Assembly (NCBI RefSeq): GCF_006345805.1
Contig: NC_043026.1
Span: 11,635,579-11,699,578 of the forward strand
Direction of reading: 5' to 3'
Length of the DNA: 64,000 nucleotides
From: Octopus sinensis
Taxonomy: Eukaryota
This document shows, in pieces, positions 13,587 through 28,712 of this stretch. The translations under genes were made by a program, and so were the position numbers. The notes under the pieces are model-generated. The model was not told where the DNA came from. It saw only the letters and a program-made list of their open reading frames with translations, and searched no databases. Every line of letters starts with the position of its first letter. Position 1 is the first letter of the stretch.

Positions 13587-14949
13587 TAGAGGCCTTTAAG
13601 GTGTGATTTCTGTGGTAAATCATTCTCTGAGAAACGTTACTTAACTGCACGTATCTATCCATACAAGAATTTGACTGTATTATTTATGAAATGTCTTTGC
13701 AGCACACAGCAACAGACGTTTTAAAAGCCTTTGTCCTTGTGGGCATTGTCAGTAAATGATGAACCCTTGGTAACATTCATAATCATCAGGGTTCCTTTTT
13801 GAGGTATTGTTAATGATGCCAACCCTTTTTTTGTAAGCACTTACCAAGGATAAACGTAGTTTTGCTGGGCACAGTATTTGTTAGAATTCTGTGTAGAAAA
13901 TAATTTGTATAACCATAAATATTCCCACTTTAGGAACCACTAGATTAGACAATTGTGAGGAGTGGAAACAGTGATGTGCAGATAAATATAGTTGTGTGTG
14001 TAGCAGAATATAGCACACACGAGAGGCCCATTGATATTAAAGCTGAAATCTAAAAGAGGAGAAACGTGTGAGGCAGTGCAGCATCATGAGAGCAGACGGT
14101 GGAGAAATCCAGGTGAACATCTTTTAGAGTAACTGGGTTTTTAGGAAGACACAATTTCTTGCATTCTGAAAATATATACTCCATGAAGAAGATTGTGAAA
14201 TCGTGTGGAGTTGACGTGGTTAAATAAATATGTATTCAACACTGAAACTTGCTGACTTGGTTTTTATATGTACCTAAATATGTATGTTTGATTGCTTCTC
14301 GTTTATTAATTGCATCCAAGGTCTTTGATCTTTGTTTGCTTGTTTATTTCAGCTTGCTTCTTATTCCTCTGGTCAATTTGCTTCTGATGAAGCAATTAGA
14401 TGAACAAAGCTGCTCTTTGTGTTTCTCTAGGCTGTGGGTTCGTTTAGTTATCTCAGATAAAAAGTTGAATATATCGTTAGAGCACATCCAACCCTACGCT
14501 TAATAAATGTTTCTGGTTTTGTGTCGAGATATTGAAAAGCTGTGGCCCTGGAAACCCTAAACCGTTGCAGTATGGATTCTTACCCAAGATGGAAAGTAGG
14601 TGCTTGGTACGATGCAATGGCATTCAGTCCAGGGGTTACTATAGTTTCATTACCAAATTTAGGGGTGGATCTTAAAAACTGTATATATCTATATACACGG
14701 GCTTCTTACAGTTTCCATCATCCAAATCCACTCACAAGGCTTTGGCTGGCCCGAGGCTATAGTAGAAGAAACTTACCGAAGGTGCCAAGCAGTGGAACTG
14801 AACTGGGGAACTATGCGATTGATAAGCAAGCTACTTACCACACAATTTTGTATTTAAATGCTTCAAATTGTGTAGATTACAATTATATAGGAATTTGTTG
14901 GGGCTAAACACTACCTGGAGTAGGGGTGGGCAATTCACAGAGTTTGTGA

Positions 14950-15370
14950 AAACGTATGAGGAAATAAAGATGTGTGAATTTGCCGAAACTCCTGTCCCCT
15001 CATCCTGAAAATGTTTCTCGCAAGTGGTAGAAATAGACCGGATGGTCTTGTCATCTGTGCCTGGGTTAGAGGTAAGGTGCCTCATTTGGGATGCCACACT
15101 CTCCTTTGCTCCTTCTCACATCCTGGATGCTGCAGTATAATGGCGGGGTCTCTGCTTCCGTAGCAGAATGGAAGAAAACCCTGAGGTATCGGGACCTGAC
15201 AGTGAACTATCTCTTCTACCTTGTGGTGTTTGAGACATTCAGAGGGACTAGGCCATTATCTATGAAGTTCTTGTCAACATTGGCATGTGATGCCCGTGTG
15301 GGTGCATGGTTTTTCTTAACACCTTAGCCTCGCTGTCACTTGTAGTAATACTGTGAGGATGCTGGATTGC
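14950..15370 (+). mobile_element. Decayed restriction-like-endonuclease (RLE) 3' end of a CRE-like non-LTR retrotransposon; also at ~22700-23130, 30080-30500, 35960-36380
   Basis: Spliced frames read RPDGLVICAWVRGK/CLIWDAT...SASVAEWKKTLRYRDL..YLFYLVVFETF...KFLSTLA...HLSLAV..SN, matching the RPDG..W..GK.L.WD.T...AE..K..KY...VET RLE pattern. Confidence 0.7.
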
Positions 15371-15434
15371 TTCAGTAGGTTCTATCAAACCTTTTGGCAT
15401 GCAACCATCGGCTGTGATAAAGGAAATACCTCCT

Positions 15435-15967
15435 GATATGCTGCAAATCCCTTATTTTGGTTTGGAAAAGTGGGAGGACACTCCCATCTTGGAATCATTG
15501 GAAATTTATTTTCTTCCTTGAATGAATTCCTGTGACCTAATATGCTACAAAACCTGTTTGGGGTCCGACCGAAAACGGGATGGAGTGAGCTAGAAGCCTT
15601 AGAATGTTCGCCCCCCCACCACCATTGATCTCTTTATCTACAAAGTTTTCAGTAAGGAAAAAAATTGGATTCTTTTGCAGGGAATCAAGTACCCTGACCT
15701 CCCAATATGCTGCAAATCCCTTATTGTGGTTAACAAAAAATGGGGGCGTTCCCCACTTTTTTCATGCAGGTGAAAAAATCAGTGTCCAATTTTATGGACA
15801 ACAAAAAGAGTTTTTGTAGCATATTAGGTCACAGGAATTCATTCAAGAAAATAAAAACGCGAAAATATCAAATGATTCCGAAATGGGAAGGGGTGACCCT
15901 ACCTTCTTGTTTTCCAAACCAATATAAGGGACGTGAAGCATCTTATTAGGTCAGGGTACTTGATTCA
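15435..15967. mobile_element. MITE-like element with nested inverted repeats (units 1, 2, 4; partly deleted in unit 3)
   Basis: gaatgaattcctgtgacctaatatgctacaaaa vs ttttgtagcatattaggtcacaggaattcattc; gaatcaagtaccctgacct vs aggtcagggtacttgattc. Confidence 0.6.
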
Positions 15968-16638
15968 CCCCAAGAATCCAAGTTTTGTTTTTTTTTCTCT
16001 TAGTGAAATTATGCGGTTGTTAATATTGGAATTTAATGGAAAAAGCAGGCTCTTCATCCAGCTCCCCTCTCTACCTCCCCTTATTCTCCTCACCATTCCC
16101 ATCACAACCTGCATCGCCTCCTGCACCCCACCCGACTCTCACTTTGTGCAGCTTCTATTTTATAATTTCATGCATGCGTGAAAATTAATAGAAGAAAACA
16201 CTTTCATTTCATTTCTTGTTACGGGTCAGGGGAGGAGGTGGGTTTTATTTTTGTTTTTGTTTTGTATATTTTGAAAAATTAGAATTTACAGTTTTTTTTC
16301 AGAATCGTAATCTCCTTATTTTTCTAAATATTTCATCAGAAATATTTTGTTTTTAGTTGAAAATTTAAGAAATTGCGTGGGGAGATAAAAAAACTTTTTT
16401 ATGCGGATTTGGAATCTCCGCACTCGATATCGTGGGTTGCTGTAAAAACAAAACAAAAAAAACATCGGAAAGAGGGTGCGGTCCATTGTCTTTCCCCCCG
16501 CCGTAAACGGAACCCTTCCCCCTTTATTTCAGGGAAAAGTGAAAAAGCGAACGAAAGGGATATGGGACTGAAATTTTGATGTTGGGATTGTTGAAAAATT
16601 CTTTTCCAGAATCGAAATTTTCATAGACTAAAAACATG

Positions 16639-17734
16639 GGATCTTTTCAATTCTGAAGCCAGTTTTTTCAAATTTTTCCTACTGAACCAAACATTTGAAA
16701 CTTCGTATCCTGGTAGAATGTGTCAAAAGTAAACTTAATTGTAAACCAGAATGAAAACGGAATTGAACTTCTAAGTTTAACGTTGTTTAATAATTAGAAT
16801 TTTAACCAATGATATTCCGTCATTCGGCTTTATTTTATTTACTCCGTATTAAACACTTAAATTAAATGTAAACAAAGATTTCGTTTCTAAGCTAATGCGT
16901 TTCATTTCACTTATTGTATTTATTTGTGCAAAAGGCAAGAAATTTAATATTAAAAAAGCAAAGAGCTGGCAGAAAAGAAACGTTAGCACGCCGGGCGAAA
17001 TGCGTAGCCGTATTTCGTCTGTCGTTACGTTCTGAGTTCAAATTCCGCCGAGGTCGATTTTGCCTTTCATCACACACACACACACACACACCACACGCGC
17101 GCGCATACAGACACACACACACACACACACGCTCGCACACGCATATATATAATTATACATACATTACACGCACGCACACACACACACATATATATATATA
17201 TATGTGTATATATATATATATATATATCATAAGTTTAATTATATAAGGCTCACACATTTTAGATATTTAATACATCCGCACGAATATGTGTGTTTATTTA
17301 TTTCATAAATATTTACATACATATATGAACATACATATATACAGATAAATAGATAGATAGATAGAGAGATAGAGAGAGGGAGAGAGAGAGAGAGAAAAGG
17401 ACAGACAGACAGAAAAAAAGGACGACGTTTTATTTCAATGAGTTCAAGCAAGATAAATGTAATATAGTAAGAGAGGGGGAGGCAGACAGACTTACAAAGA
17501 GAGAGCAGACTCCGTCAAAAGTGCTTTCAACGTCACACTAACAGATCGCAGTAACGTTTTACATATGAAAACAAGCAATCTCATTGCTTAAAATTCGCAG
17601 TTTTAATCTACGATTAAAGTCATAAAATAGATTTTTCTCAAATAAACTAGTTCCACTCTATGAGTACACGAAATTTCAAATTATTTAGTTAACTAGAAAG
17701 ATCTGGGGTCCTGGCCACGATATTGAAAAGATCC
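16639..17734. mobile_element. 1.1-kb non-autonomous TIR element, 8-bp TSD (Merlin- or hAT-like)
   Basis: aaaacatg|GGATCTTTTCAAT...ATTGAAAAGATCC|aaaacatg; empty sites in units 3 and 4; contains a SINE fragment and microsatellites. Confidence 0.85.
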
Positions 17735-19522
17735 AAAACATGGGATTCCGGAAAAAAACAAAAAGGAATTTGAAAGCCGGGAAGCTCCGTTTCGATCTTC
17801 GCTATAGTTGAGGGTCGATGGTCGAAAAAGTTTGGCGACCCCTGATAAAGGCGTAGGGACACCACCTGCTGTGTTTCTAATCATATGTCCGTTTAATGAA
17901 CAAACATACGATTATATGCATTCTAATGCTAAGATGTAATGATGTCAGAAATATTTGGCTGCTTTTTTTAGCAGGTTCAGTGACCATGCGCAGACACTCT
18001 TGTTGAGACGTAATTACTATTTAGCTGGATGAGGTTTTTATCATTTACCTTGGGTGAGATGCAATTAAAGGTGTGAATTAATATAATTTTAACGTCTCTA
18101 TTTGTTATATTGGGGACTTTTAATATATGACACCGGTGTCGTTCAAACGCGGGAATAATTATCAACAGCTTCTACACGTGCTTCTAATTAAGACGAATCT
18201 AATTATATCAGATGTAGTAATACCTCGTGTTCAGGTGAACGTTGATCTCTATGAATAACACGAAGCGACTTACCTGATTTGTGATTTAATATTTCTCTTG
18301 ATCACAGCTTTAGTTGGTTGATCCCTATTTTACAGGAAAGGGGGAAAAAGCTTTCAATCGAGGAACTTTGCTCGCCCTTCTTCATATTTCATTTGGACCT
18401 TAGATCGAAAGCACGAATTGTTTGTATGCGTGTTGTAGCAAATATTGTGCGCATTTCTACTATCCATGGTGGGAAAAACAAACTGGATTTCAAGAAAGGA
18501 TCCTGGTGAACAACAAGTATTCTAATGGTAAGTCTGAAAATATATCTACATAGCATTTGTTGCACACTTGTTAACGGAGGTCTGTGATATCTAAGACAAG
18601 AAACTGAACCATAGGAGGGTAGTCTATATCTACAGACATTTGTCAGCTTTTTAAGTATTCCTGAAGACAAGCAGGAAGACCTCCCTCACAACGGGTTTCC
18701 TTTTGGTAAACGATATTTCCCCTTTCGACACCCGATTTGTGTAATTTTCTTTTGAGTCCTTTAATCGTTTAATAATGTATATTTTGTCAGTAAATTTAGG
18801 GCATAACTACAAAAATGCGGGATCCTTTCTGTTTGGGGAGTTACCAAAATTGAAATTGCAAAAATGTTTATATCATTGTTCTGTGACCCTAACCACATCT
18901 TTTCAGGGAGTTCTCAAAAATGAAGCCCCCCAAACATCAAAATATTATTTCCTGCCTAACCTGAACTCATCACATATAAATTTATATAGGTAGATAGATA
19001 TAGATATGTATATATGTGCGTGCATGAGTAATGTTACACAATGTTAAAGAGTAGTTGTAGTTTACAAATTTTTACATTTCACCCAATGTTATATGATGTC
19101 ATTTGTTAATTAATAAAGAAATGTTGTAACATTTCTCTTTTGATCTTTCCTCTCTATCTAATTCTGTTTCTTTATTATTTCAGATTTACGGATGACATTG
19201 GCATCAAAGAAATTTTCTTTTATAATGAATACATCTTCAACATTTTTCATCTTTTAAAGTCTTGAGGAAAAGTTTACACAGAACGCATCGAAGCCTATTT
19301 CTATAAATCTTTGTTAGAAATTCTATGAAATGTTTGCTCTGAACTGAGATTAATAGCAACATTTTTCTATTTCATTAGCTGATGCTTTGCATTCTCGTTA
19401 CTCTTTGATGACTTTCTAAATTTGTAGCATCTTTAGATATCTGAAGTTTGCATTGAAAATATTTGTAAGGAATAAACTATAAAAAGAAGGATAAAGATAG
19501 GGGTAAAACTTTAATGTGGTGA

Positions 19523-21341
<1,819 letters not shown>

Positions 21342-24300
21342 AGGCCTTTAAGGTGTGATTTCTGTGGTAAATCATTCTCTGAGAAACGTTACTTAACTGC
21401 ACATGTATCTATCCATACAAGAATTTGACTGTATTATTTATGAAATGTCTTTGCAGCACACAGCAACAGACGTTTTAAAAGCCTTTCTCCTTGTGGGCAT
21501 TGTCAGTAAATGATGAACCCTTGGTAACATTCATAATCATCAGGGTTCCTTTTTGAGGTATTGTTAATGATGCCAACCCTTTTTGTAAGCACTTACCAAG
21601 GATAAACGTAGTTTTGCTGGGCACAGGTATTTGTTAGAATTCTGTGTAGAAAATAATTTGTATAACCATAAATATTCCCACTTTAGGAACCACTAGATTA
21701 GACAATTGTGAGGAGTGGAAACAGTGATGTGCAGATAAATATAGTTGTGTGTGTAGCAGAATGTAGCACACACGAGAGGCCCATTGATATTAAAGCTGAA
21801 ATCTAAAAGAGGAGAAACGTGTGAGGCAGTGCAGCATCATGAGAGCAGACGGTGGAGAAATCCAGGTGAACATCTTTTAGAGTAACTGGGTTTTTAGGAA
21901 GACACAATTTCTTGCATTCTGAAAATATATACTCCATGAAGAAGATTGTGAAATCCTATGGAGGTGACGTGGTTAAATAAATATGTATTCAACACTGAAA
22001 CTTGCTGACTTGGTTTTTATATGTACCTAAATATGTATGTTTGATTGCTTCTCGTTTATTAATTGCATCCAAGGTCTTTGATCTTTGTTTGCTTGTTTAT
22101 TTCAGCTTGCTTCTTATTCCTCTGTGTCAATTTGCTTCTGATGAAGCAATTAGATGAACCAAGCTGCTCTTCTTCGTGTTTCTCTGGGCTGTGGGTTCGT
22201 TTAGTATCTCAGATAAATAGTTGAATACATCGTTAGAGCACATCCAACACTACGCTTAATAAATCTTTCTGGTTTTGTGTCGAGATATTGAAAAGCTGTG
22301 GGCCCTGGAAACCCTCAACCGTTGCAGTATTGGATTCTTACCCAAGATGGAAAGTAGGTGTTTGGTACGATGCAATGGCATTCAGTCCAGGTGTTACTAT
22401 AGGTTTCATTACCAAATTTAGGGGTAGACCTTAAAAACTGTATATATCTATATACAACGGGCTTCTTACAGTTTCCATCATCCAAATCCACTCACAAGGC
22501 TTTGGCTGGCCCGAGGCTATAGTAGAAGAAACTTACCCAAGGTGCCAAGCAGTGGAACTGAACTGGGGAACTATGCGATTGATAAGCAAGCTACTTACCA
22601 CACAATTTTGTATTTAAATGCTTCAAATTGTGTAGATTACAATTATATAGGAATTTGTTGGGGCTAAACACTACCTGGAGTAGGGGTGGGCAATTCACAG
22701 AGTTTGTGAAAACGTATGAGGAAATAAAGATGTGTGAATTTGCCGAAACTCCTGTCCCCTCATCCTGAAAATGTTTCTCGCAAGTGGTAGAAATAGACCG
22801 GATGGTCTTGTCATCTGTGCCTTGGTTAGAGGTAAGGTGCCTCATTTGGGATGCCACACTCTCCTTTGCTCCTTCTCACATCCTGGATGCTGCAGTATAA
22901 TGGTGGGGGTCTCTGCTTCCGTAGCAGAATGGAAGAAAACCCTGAGGTATCGGGACCTGACAGTGAACTATCTCTTCTACCTTGTGGTGTTTGAGACATT
23001 CAGAGGGACTAGGCCATTATCCATGAAGTTCTTGTCAACATTGGCATGTGATGCCCGTGTGAGTGCATGGTTTTTCTTAACACCTTAGCCTCGCTGTCAC
23101 CTGTAGTAATACTGTGAGGATGCTGGATTGCTTCAGTAGGTTCTATCAAACCTTGTGGCGTGCAACCATCGGCTGTGATAAAGGAAATACCTCCTGATAT
23201 GCTGCAAATCCCTTATTTTGGTTTGGAAAAGTGGGAGGACAGTCCCATCTTGGAATCATTGGAAATTTATTTTCTTCCTTGAATGAATTCCTCTGACCTA
23301 ATATGCTACAAAACCTGTTTTGGGGTCCGAAAAACGGGATGGAGTGAGCTAGAAGCCTTAGAATGTCCGCCCCCCCCCACCACCATTGATCTCTTTATCT
23401 ACAAAGTTTTCAGTAAGGAAAAAAAATGGATTCTTTTGCAGGGAATCAAGTACCCTGACCTCCCAATATGCTGCAAATCCCTTATTGTGGTTAACAAAAA
23501 ATTGGGGGCGTTCCCCACTTTTTTCATGCAGGTGAAAAAATCAGTGTCCAATTTTATGGACAACAAAAAGAGTTTTGTAGCATATTAGGTCACAGGAATT
23601 CATTCAAGAAAATAAAAAACGCGAAAATATCAAATGATTCCGAAATGGGAAGGGGTGACCCTACCTTCTTGTTTTCCAAACCAATATAAGGGACGTGAAG
23701 CATCTTATTAGGTCAGGGTACTTGATTCCACCCCAAGAATCCAAGTTTTGTTTTTTTTTCTCTTAGTGAAAATTATGCGGTTGTTAATATTGGAATTTAA
23801 TGGAAAAAGCAGGCTCTTCATCCAGCTCCCCTCTCTACCTCCCCTTATTCTCCTCACCATTCCCATCACAACCTGCATCGCCTCCTGCACCCCACCCGAC
23901 TCTCACTTTGTGCAGCTTCTATTTTATAATTTTATGCATGCGTGAAAAATTAATAGAAGAAAACACTTTCATTTCATTTCTTGTTACGGGTCAGGGGAGG
24001 AGGTGGGTTTTATTTTTGTTTTTGTTTTGTATATTTTGAAAAATTAGAATTTACAGTTTTTTTTCAGAATCGTAATCTCCTTATTTTTCTAAATATTTCA
24101 TCAGAAAAATTTTGTTTTTAGTTGAAAATTTAAGAAATTGCGTGGGGAGATTAAAAATTTTTTTAATGCAGATTTGGAATCTCCGCACTCGATATCGTGG
24201 GTTCCTGTAAAAACAAAACAAAAAAAACATCGGAAAGAGGGTGCGGTCCATTGTCTTTCCCCCCGCCGTAAACGGAACCCTTCCCCCTTTATTTCAGGGA

Positions 24301-24403
24301 AAAGTGAAAAAGCGAACGAAAGGGATATGGGACTGAAATTTTGATGTTGGGATTGTTGAAAAAATCTTTTCCAGAATCGAAATTTTCATAGACTAAAAAC
24401 ATG

Positions 24404-25092
24404 GGATCTTTTCAATTCTGAAGCCAGTTTTTTCAAATTTTTCCTACTGAACCAAACAATTTGAAACTTCGTATACTGGTAGAATGTGTCAAAAGTAAAC
24501 TTAATTGTAAACCAGAATGAAAACGGAATTGTAACTTCTAAGTTTAACGTTGTTTAATAATTAGAATTTTAACCAATGATATTCCGTCATTCGGCTTTAT
24601 TTTATTTACTCCGTATTAAACATCTTAAATGTAAACAAAGATTTCGTTTCTAAGCTAATGCGTTTCATTTCACTTATTGTATTTATTTGTGCAAAAGGCA
24701 AGAAATTTAATATTAAAAAAGCAAAGAGCTGGCAGAAACGTTAGCACGCCGGGCGAAATGCGTAGCCGTATTTCGTCTGCCGTTACGTTCTGAGTTCAAA
24801 TTCCGCCGAGGTCGATTTTGCCTTTCATCACACACACACACACACACACCACACGCGCGCGCATACAGACACACACACACACACACACGCTCGCACACGC
24901 ATATATATAATTATACATACATTACACGCACGCACACACACACACATATATATATATATGTGTATATATATATATATATATCATCAGTTTAATTATATAA
25001 GGCTCACACATTTTAGATATTTAATACATCCGCACGAATATGTGTGTTTATTTCATAAATATTTACATACATATATGAACATACATATATAC

Positions 25093-25131
<39 letters not shown>

Positions 25132-25513
25132 GAGATAGATAGAGAGATAGAGAGAGGGAGAGAGAGAGAGAGAAAAGGACAGACAGACAGAAAAAAAGGA
25201 CGACGTTTTATTTCAATGAGTTCAAGCAAGATAAATGTAATATAGTAAGAGAGGGGGAGGCAGACAGACTTACAAAGAGAGAGCAGACTACGTCAAAAGT
25301 GCTTTCAACGTCACACTAACAGATCGCAGTAACGTTTTACATATGAAAACAAGCAATCTCATTGCTTAAAATTCGCAGTTTTAATCTACGATTAAAGTCA
25401 TAGAATAGATTTTTCTCAAATAAACTAGTTCCACTCTATGAGTACACGAAGTTTCAAAATTATTTAGTTAACTAGAAAGATCTGGGGTCCTGGCCACGAT
25501 ATTGAAAAGATCC
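24404..25513. mobile_element. Second copy of the 1.1-kb TIR element (unit 2)
   Basis: Same TIRs and aaaacatg TSD. Confidence 0.85.
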
Positions 25514-27347
25514 AAAACATGGGATTCCGGAGAAAAAAACAAAAAGGAATTTGAAAGCCGGGAAGGGCTCCGTTTCGATCTTCGCTATAGTTGAGGGTCG
25601 ATGGTCGAAAAAGTTTGGCGACCCCTGATAAAGGCGTAGGGAACACCACCTGCTGTGTTTCTAATCATATGTCCGTTTAATGAACAAACATACGATTATA
25701 TGCATTCTAATGCTAAGATGTAATGATGTCAGAAATATTTGGCTGCTTTTTTTAGCAGGTTCAGTGACCATGCGCAGACACTCTTGTTGAGACGTAATTA
25801 CTATTTAGCTGGATGAGGTTTTTATCATTTACCTTGGGTGAGATGCAATTAAAGGTGTGAATTAATATAATTTTAACGTCTCTATTTGTTATATTGGGGA
25901 CTTTTAATATATGACACCGGTGTCGTTCAAACGCGGGAATAATTATCAACAGCTTCTACACGTGCTTCTAATTAAGACGAATCTAATTATATCAGATGTA
26001 GTAATACCTCGTGTTCAGGTGAACGTTGATCTCTATGAATAACACGAAGCGACTTACCTGATTTGTGATTTAATATTTCTCTTGATCACAGCTTTAGTTG
26101 GTTGATCCCTATTTTACAGGAAAGGGGGAAACAAGCTTTCAATCGAGGAACTTTGCTCGCCCTTCTTCATATTTCATTTGGACCTTAGATCGAAAGCACG
26201 AATTGTTTGTATGCGTGTTGTAGCAAATATTGTGCGCATTTCTACTATCCATGGTGGGAAAAACAAACTGGATTTCAAGAAAGGATCCTGGTGAACAACA
26301 AGTATTCTAATGGTAAGTCTGAAAATATATCTACATAGCATTTGTTGCACACTTGTTAACGGAGGTCTGTGATATCTAAGACAAGAAACTGAACCATAGG
26401 AGGGTAGTCTATATCTACAGACATTTGTCAGCTTTTTAAGTATTCCTGAAGACAAGCAGGAAGACCTCCCTCACAACGGGTTTCCTTTTGGTAAACGATA
26501 TTTCCCCTTTCGACACCCGATTTGTGTAATTTTCTTTTGAGTCCTTTAATCGTTTAATAATGTATATTTTGTCAGTAAATTTAGGGCATAACTACAAAAA
26601 TGCGGGATCCTTTCTGTTTGGGGAGTTACCAAAATTGAAATTGCAAAAATGTTTATATCATTGTTCTGTGACCCTAACCACATCTTTTCAGGGAGTTCTC
26701 AAAAATGAAGCCCCCCAAACATCAAAATATTATTTCCTGCCTAACCTGAACTCATCACATATAAATTTATATAGGTAGATAGATATAGATATGTATATAT
26801 GTGCGTGCATGAGTAATGTTACACAATGTTAAAGAGTAGTTGTAGTTTACAAATTTTTCCATTTCACCCAATGTTATATGATGTCATTTGTTAATTAATA
26901 AAGAAATGTAGTAACATTTCTCTTTTGATCTTTCCTCTCTATCTAATTCTGTTTCTTTATTATTTCAGATTTACGGATGACATTGGCATCAAAGAAATTT
27001 TCTTTTATAATGAATACATCTTCAACATTTTTCATCTTTTAAAGTCTTGAGGAAAAGTTTACACAGAACGCATCGAAGCCTATTTCTATAAATCTTTGTT
27101 AGAAATTCTATGAAATGTTTGCTCTGAACTGAGATTAATAGCAACATTTTTCTATTTCATTAGCTGATGCTTTGCATTCTCGTTACTCTTTGATGACTTT
27201 CTAAATTTGTAGCATCTTTAGATATCTGAAGTTTGCATTGAAAATATTTGTAAGGAATAAACTATAAAAAGAAGGATAAAGATAGGGGTAAAACTTTAAT
27301 GTGGTGAGAAAGGCCAAGGATTGTTTCTATTTTGATTTCTCATAGAA

Positions 27348-28712
27348 ATGCTGCAAAATATGCGAAAATCATTGTATCGTTGTGATATCTGTGGTAAGTC
27401 AACCACTAGAAGTGCTGCCTTAGATAGTCACAAGCGTACTCACACAGAAGAAAAACCGTTCCAGTGTGATATCTGTGGTAAATCATTCTGTCAAAATAGT
27501 GTGTTAACTACTCACAAACGTATTCATACAGGGGAGAAGCAAGTTCACTGTGATATCTGTGGTAAATCATTCTCTAACGGAAGTGCCTTAATTGTACACA
27601 AACGTGTTCATACAGGTGAGACACCATATCACTGTAATATCTGTGGTGAATCATTCTCTGAAAGCAGTTGCTTAGCTAAACACCGATGTTTTTATACCAA
27701 GGAGCAGCTATTTCACTGTGATACCTGTGGCAAATCATTCTCTAGCAGCAATTACCTAACTAGCCACAGACATATTCATACAGGAGAGAAGCTATTTTAT
27801 TGTGATGTCTGTGGTAAATCATTCCCTGTAAACAGTAACCTAACTACACACAAACGCATTCACACAGGGGAAAAACCATTTCACTGTGATATCTGTGGTA
27901 AATCTTTCTCTGTAAGCAGTAGTTTAGTTGGACACAAACGAACTCATACAGGAGAAAAGCCGTATCACTGTGATATCTGTGGTAAATCATTCTCTCTAAG
28001 CGATCACTTAACTAGACACATACGTATTCATACAGGTGAGAAGCCATATGAGTGTGATGTCTGTGGGAAATCATACTCTGATAGAAGTGCCTTAATGAAT
28101 CACAAACGTAATCACACAGGAGATAAGCCATTTCCTTGTGATATCTGTGGTAAATCATTCCCTACAAACAGTCGCTTCAATAGACACAGACGTATTCACA
28201 CTGGAGAGAAACCATTTCACTGTGATATCTGTGGTAAATCATTCTCTGAAAACTGTCAATTAACTGCTCACAAACGTATTCATACAGGAGAGTGGCCATT
28301 TTGTTGTGATATCTGTGGTAAATCATTCTCTCAAAATTGTCGATTGACTTCTCACAAACGTATTCATACAGGGGAGACACCATATCACTGTGATATCTGT
28401 GGTAAATCATTCTCTCTAAACTTTAAATTAACTGCTCACAAACGTATTCATACAGGTGAGAGGCCATTTTGCTGTGATATCTGTGGTAAATCATTCTCTG
28501 ACGGAAGTAACTTAAATGTACACAAACGTATTCACACAGGAGAGAAACCATATCAATGTGATGTCTGTGGTAAATCATTTTCTCGAAGTGATAGTTTAAC
28601 ATATCACAAACGTGTTCATACAGGAGAGAAGCCATATCACTGTGTTATCTGTGGTAAATCGTTCTCTCAAAATTATCAATTAACTTCTCACAAACGTATT
28701 CATACAGGATAG
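27348..28712 (+). CDS. Poly-C2H2 ZNF family B copy 3 (16 fingers, 4th lacks its second His)
   Basis: Intact 454-aa ORF. Confidence 0.92.
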   Translation: MLQNMRKSLYRCDICGKSTTRSAALDSHKRTHTEEKPFQCDICGKSFCQNSVLTTHKRIHTGEKQVHCDICGKSFSNGSALIVHKRVHTGETPYHCNICGESFSESSCLAKHRCFYTKEQLFHCDTCGKSFSSSNYLTSHRHIHTGEKLFYCDVCGKSFPVNSNLTTHKRIHTGEKPFHCDICGKSFSVSSSLVGHKRTHTGEKPYHCDICGKSFSLSDHLTRHIRIHTGEKPYECDVCGKSYSDRSALMNHKRNHTGDKPFPCDICGKSFPTNSRFNRHRRIHTGEKPFHCDICGKSFSENCQLTAHKRIHTGEWPFCCDICGKSFSQNCRLTSHKRIHTGETPYHCDICGKSFSLNFKLTAHKRIHTGERPFCCDICGKSFSDGSNLNVHKRIHTGEKPYQCDVCGKSFSRSDSLTYHKRVHTGEKPYHCVICGKSFSQNYQLTSHKRIHTG

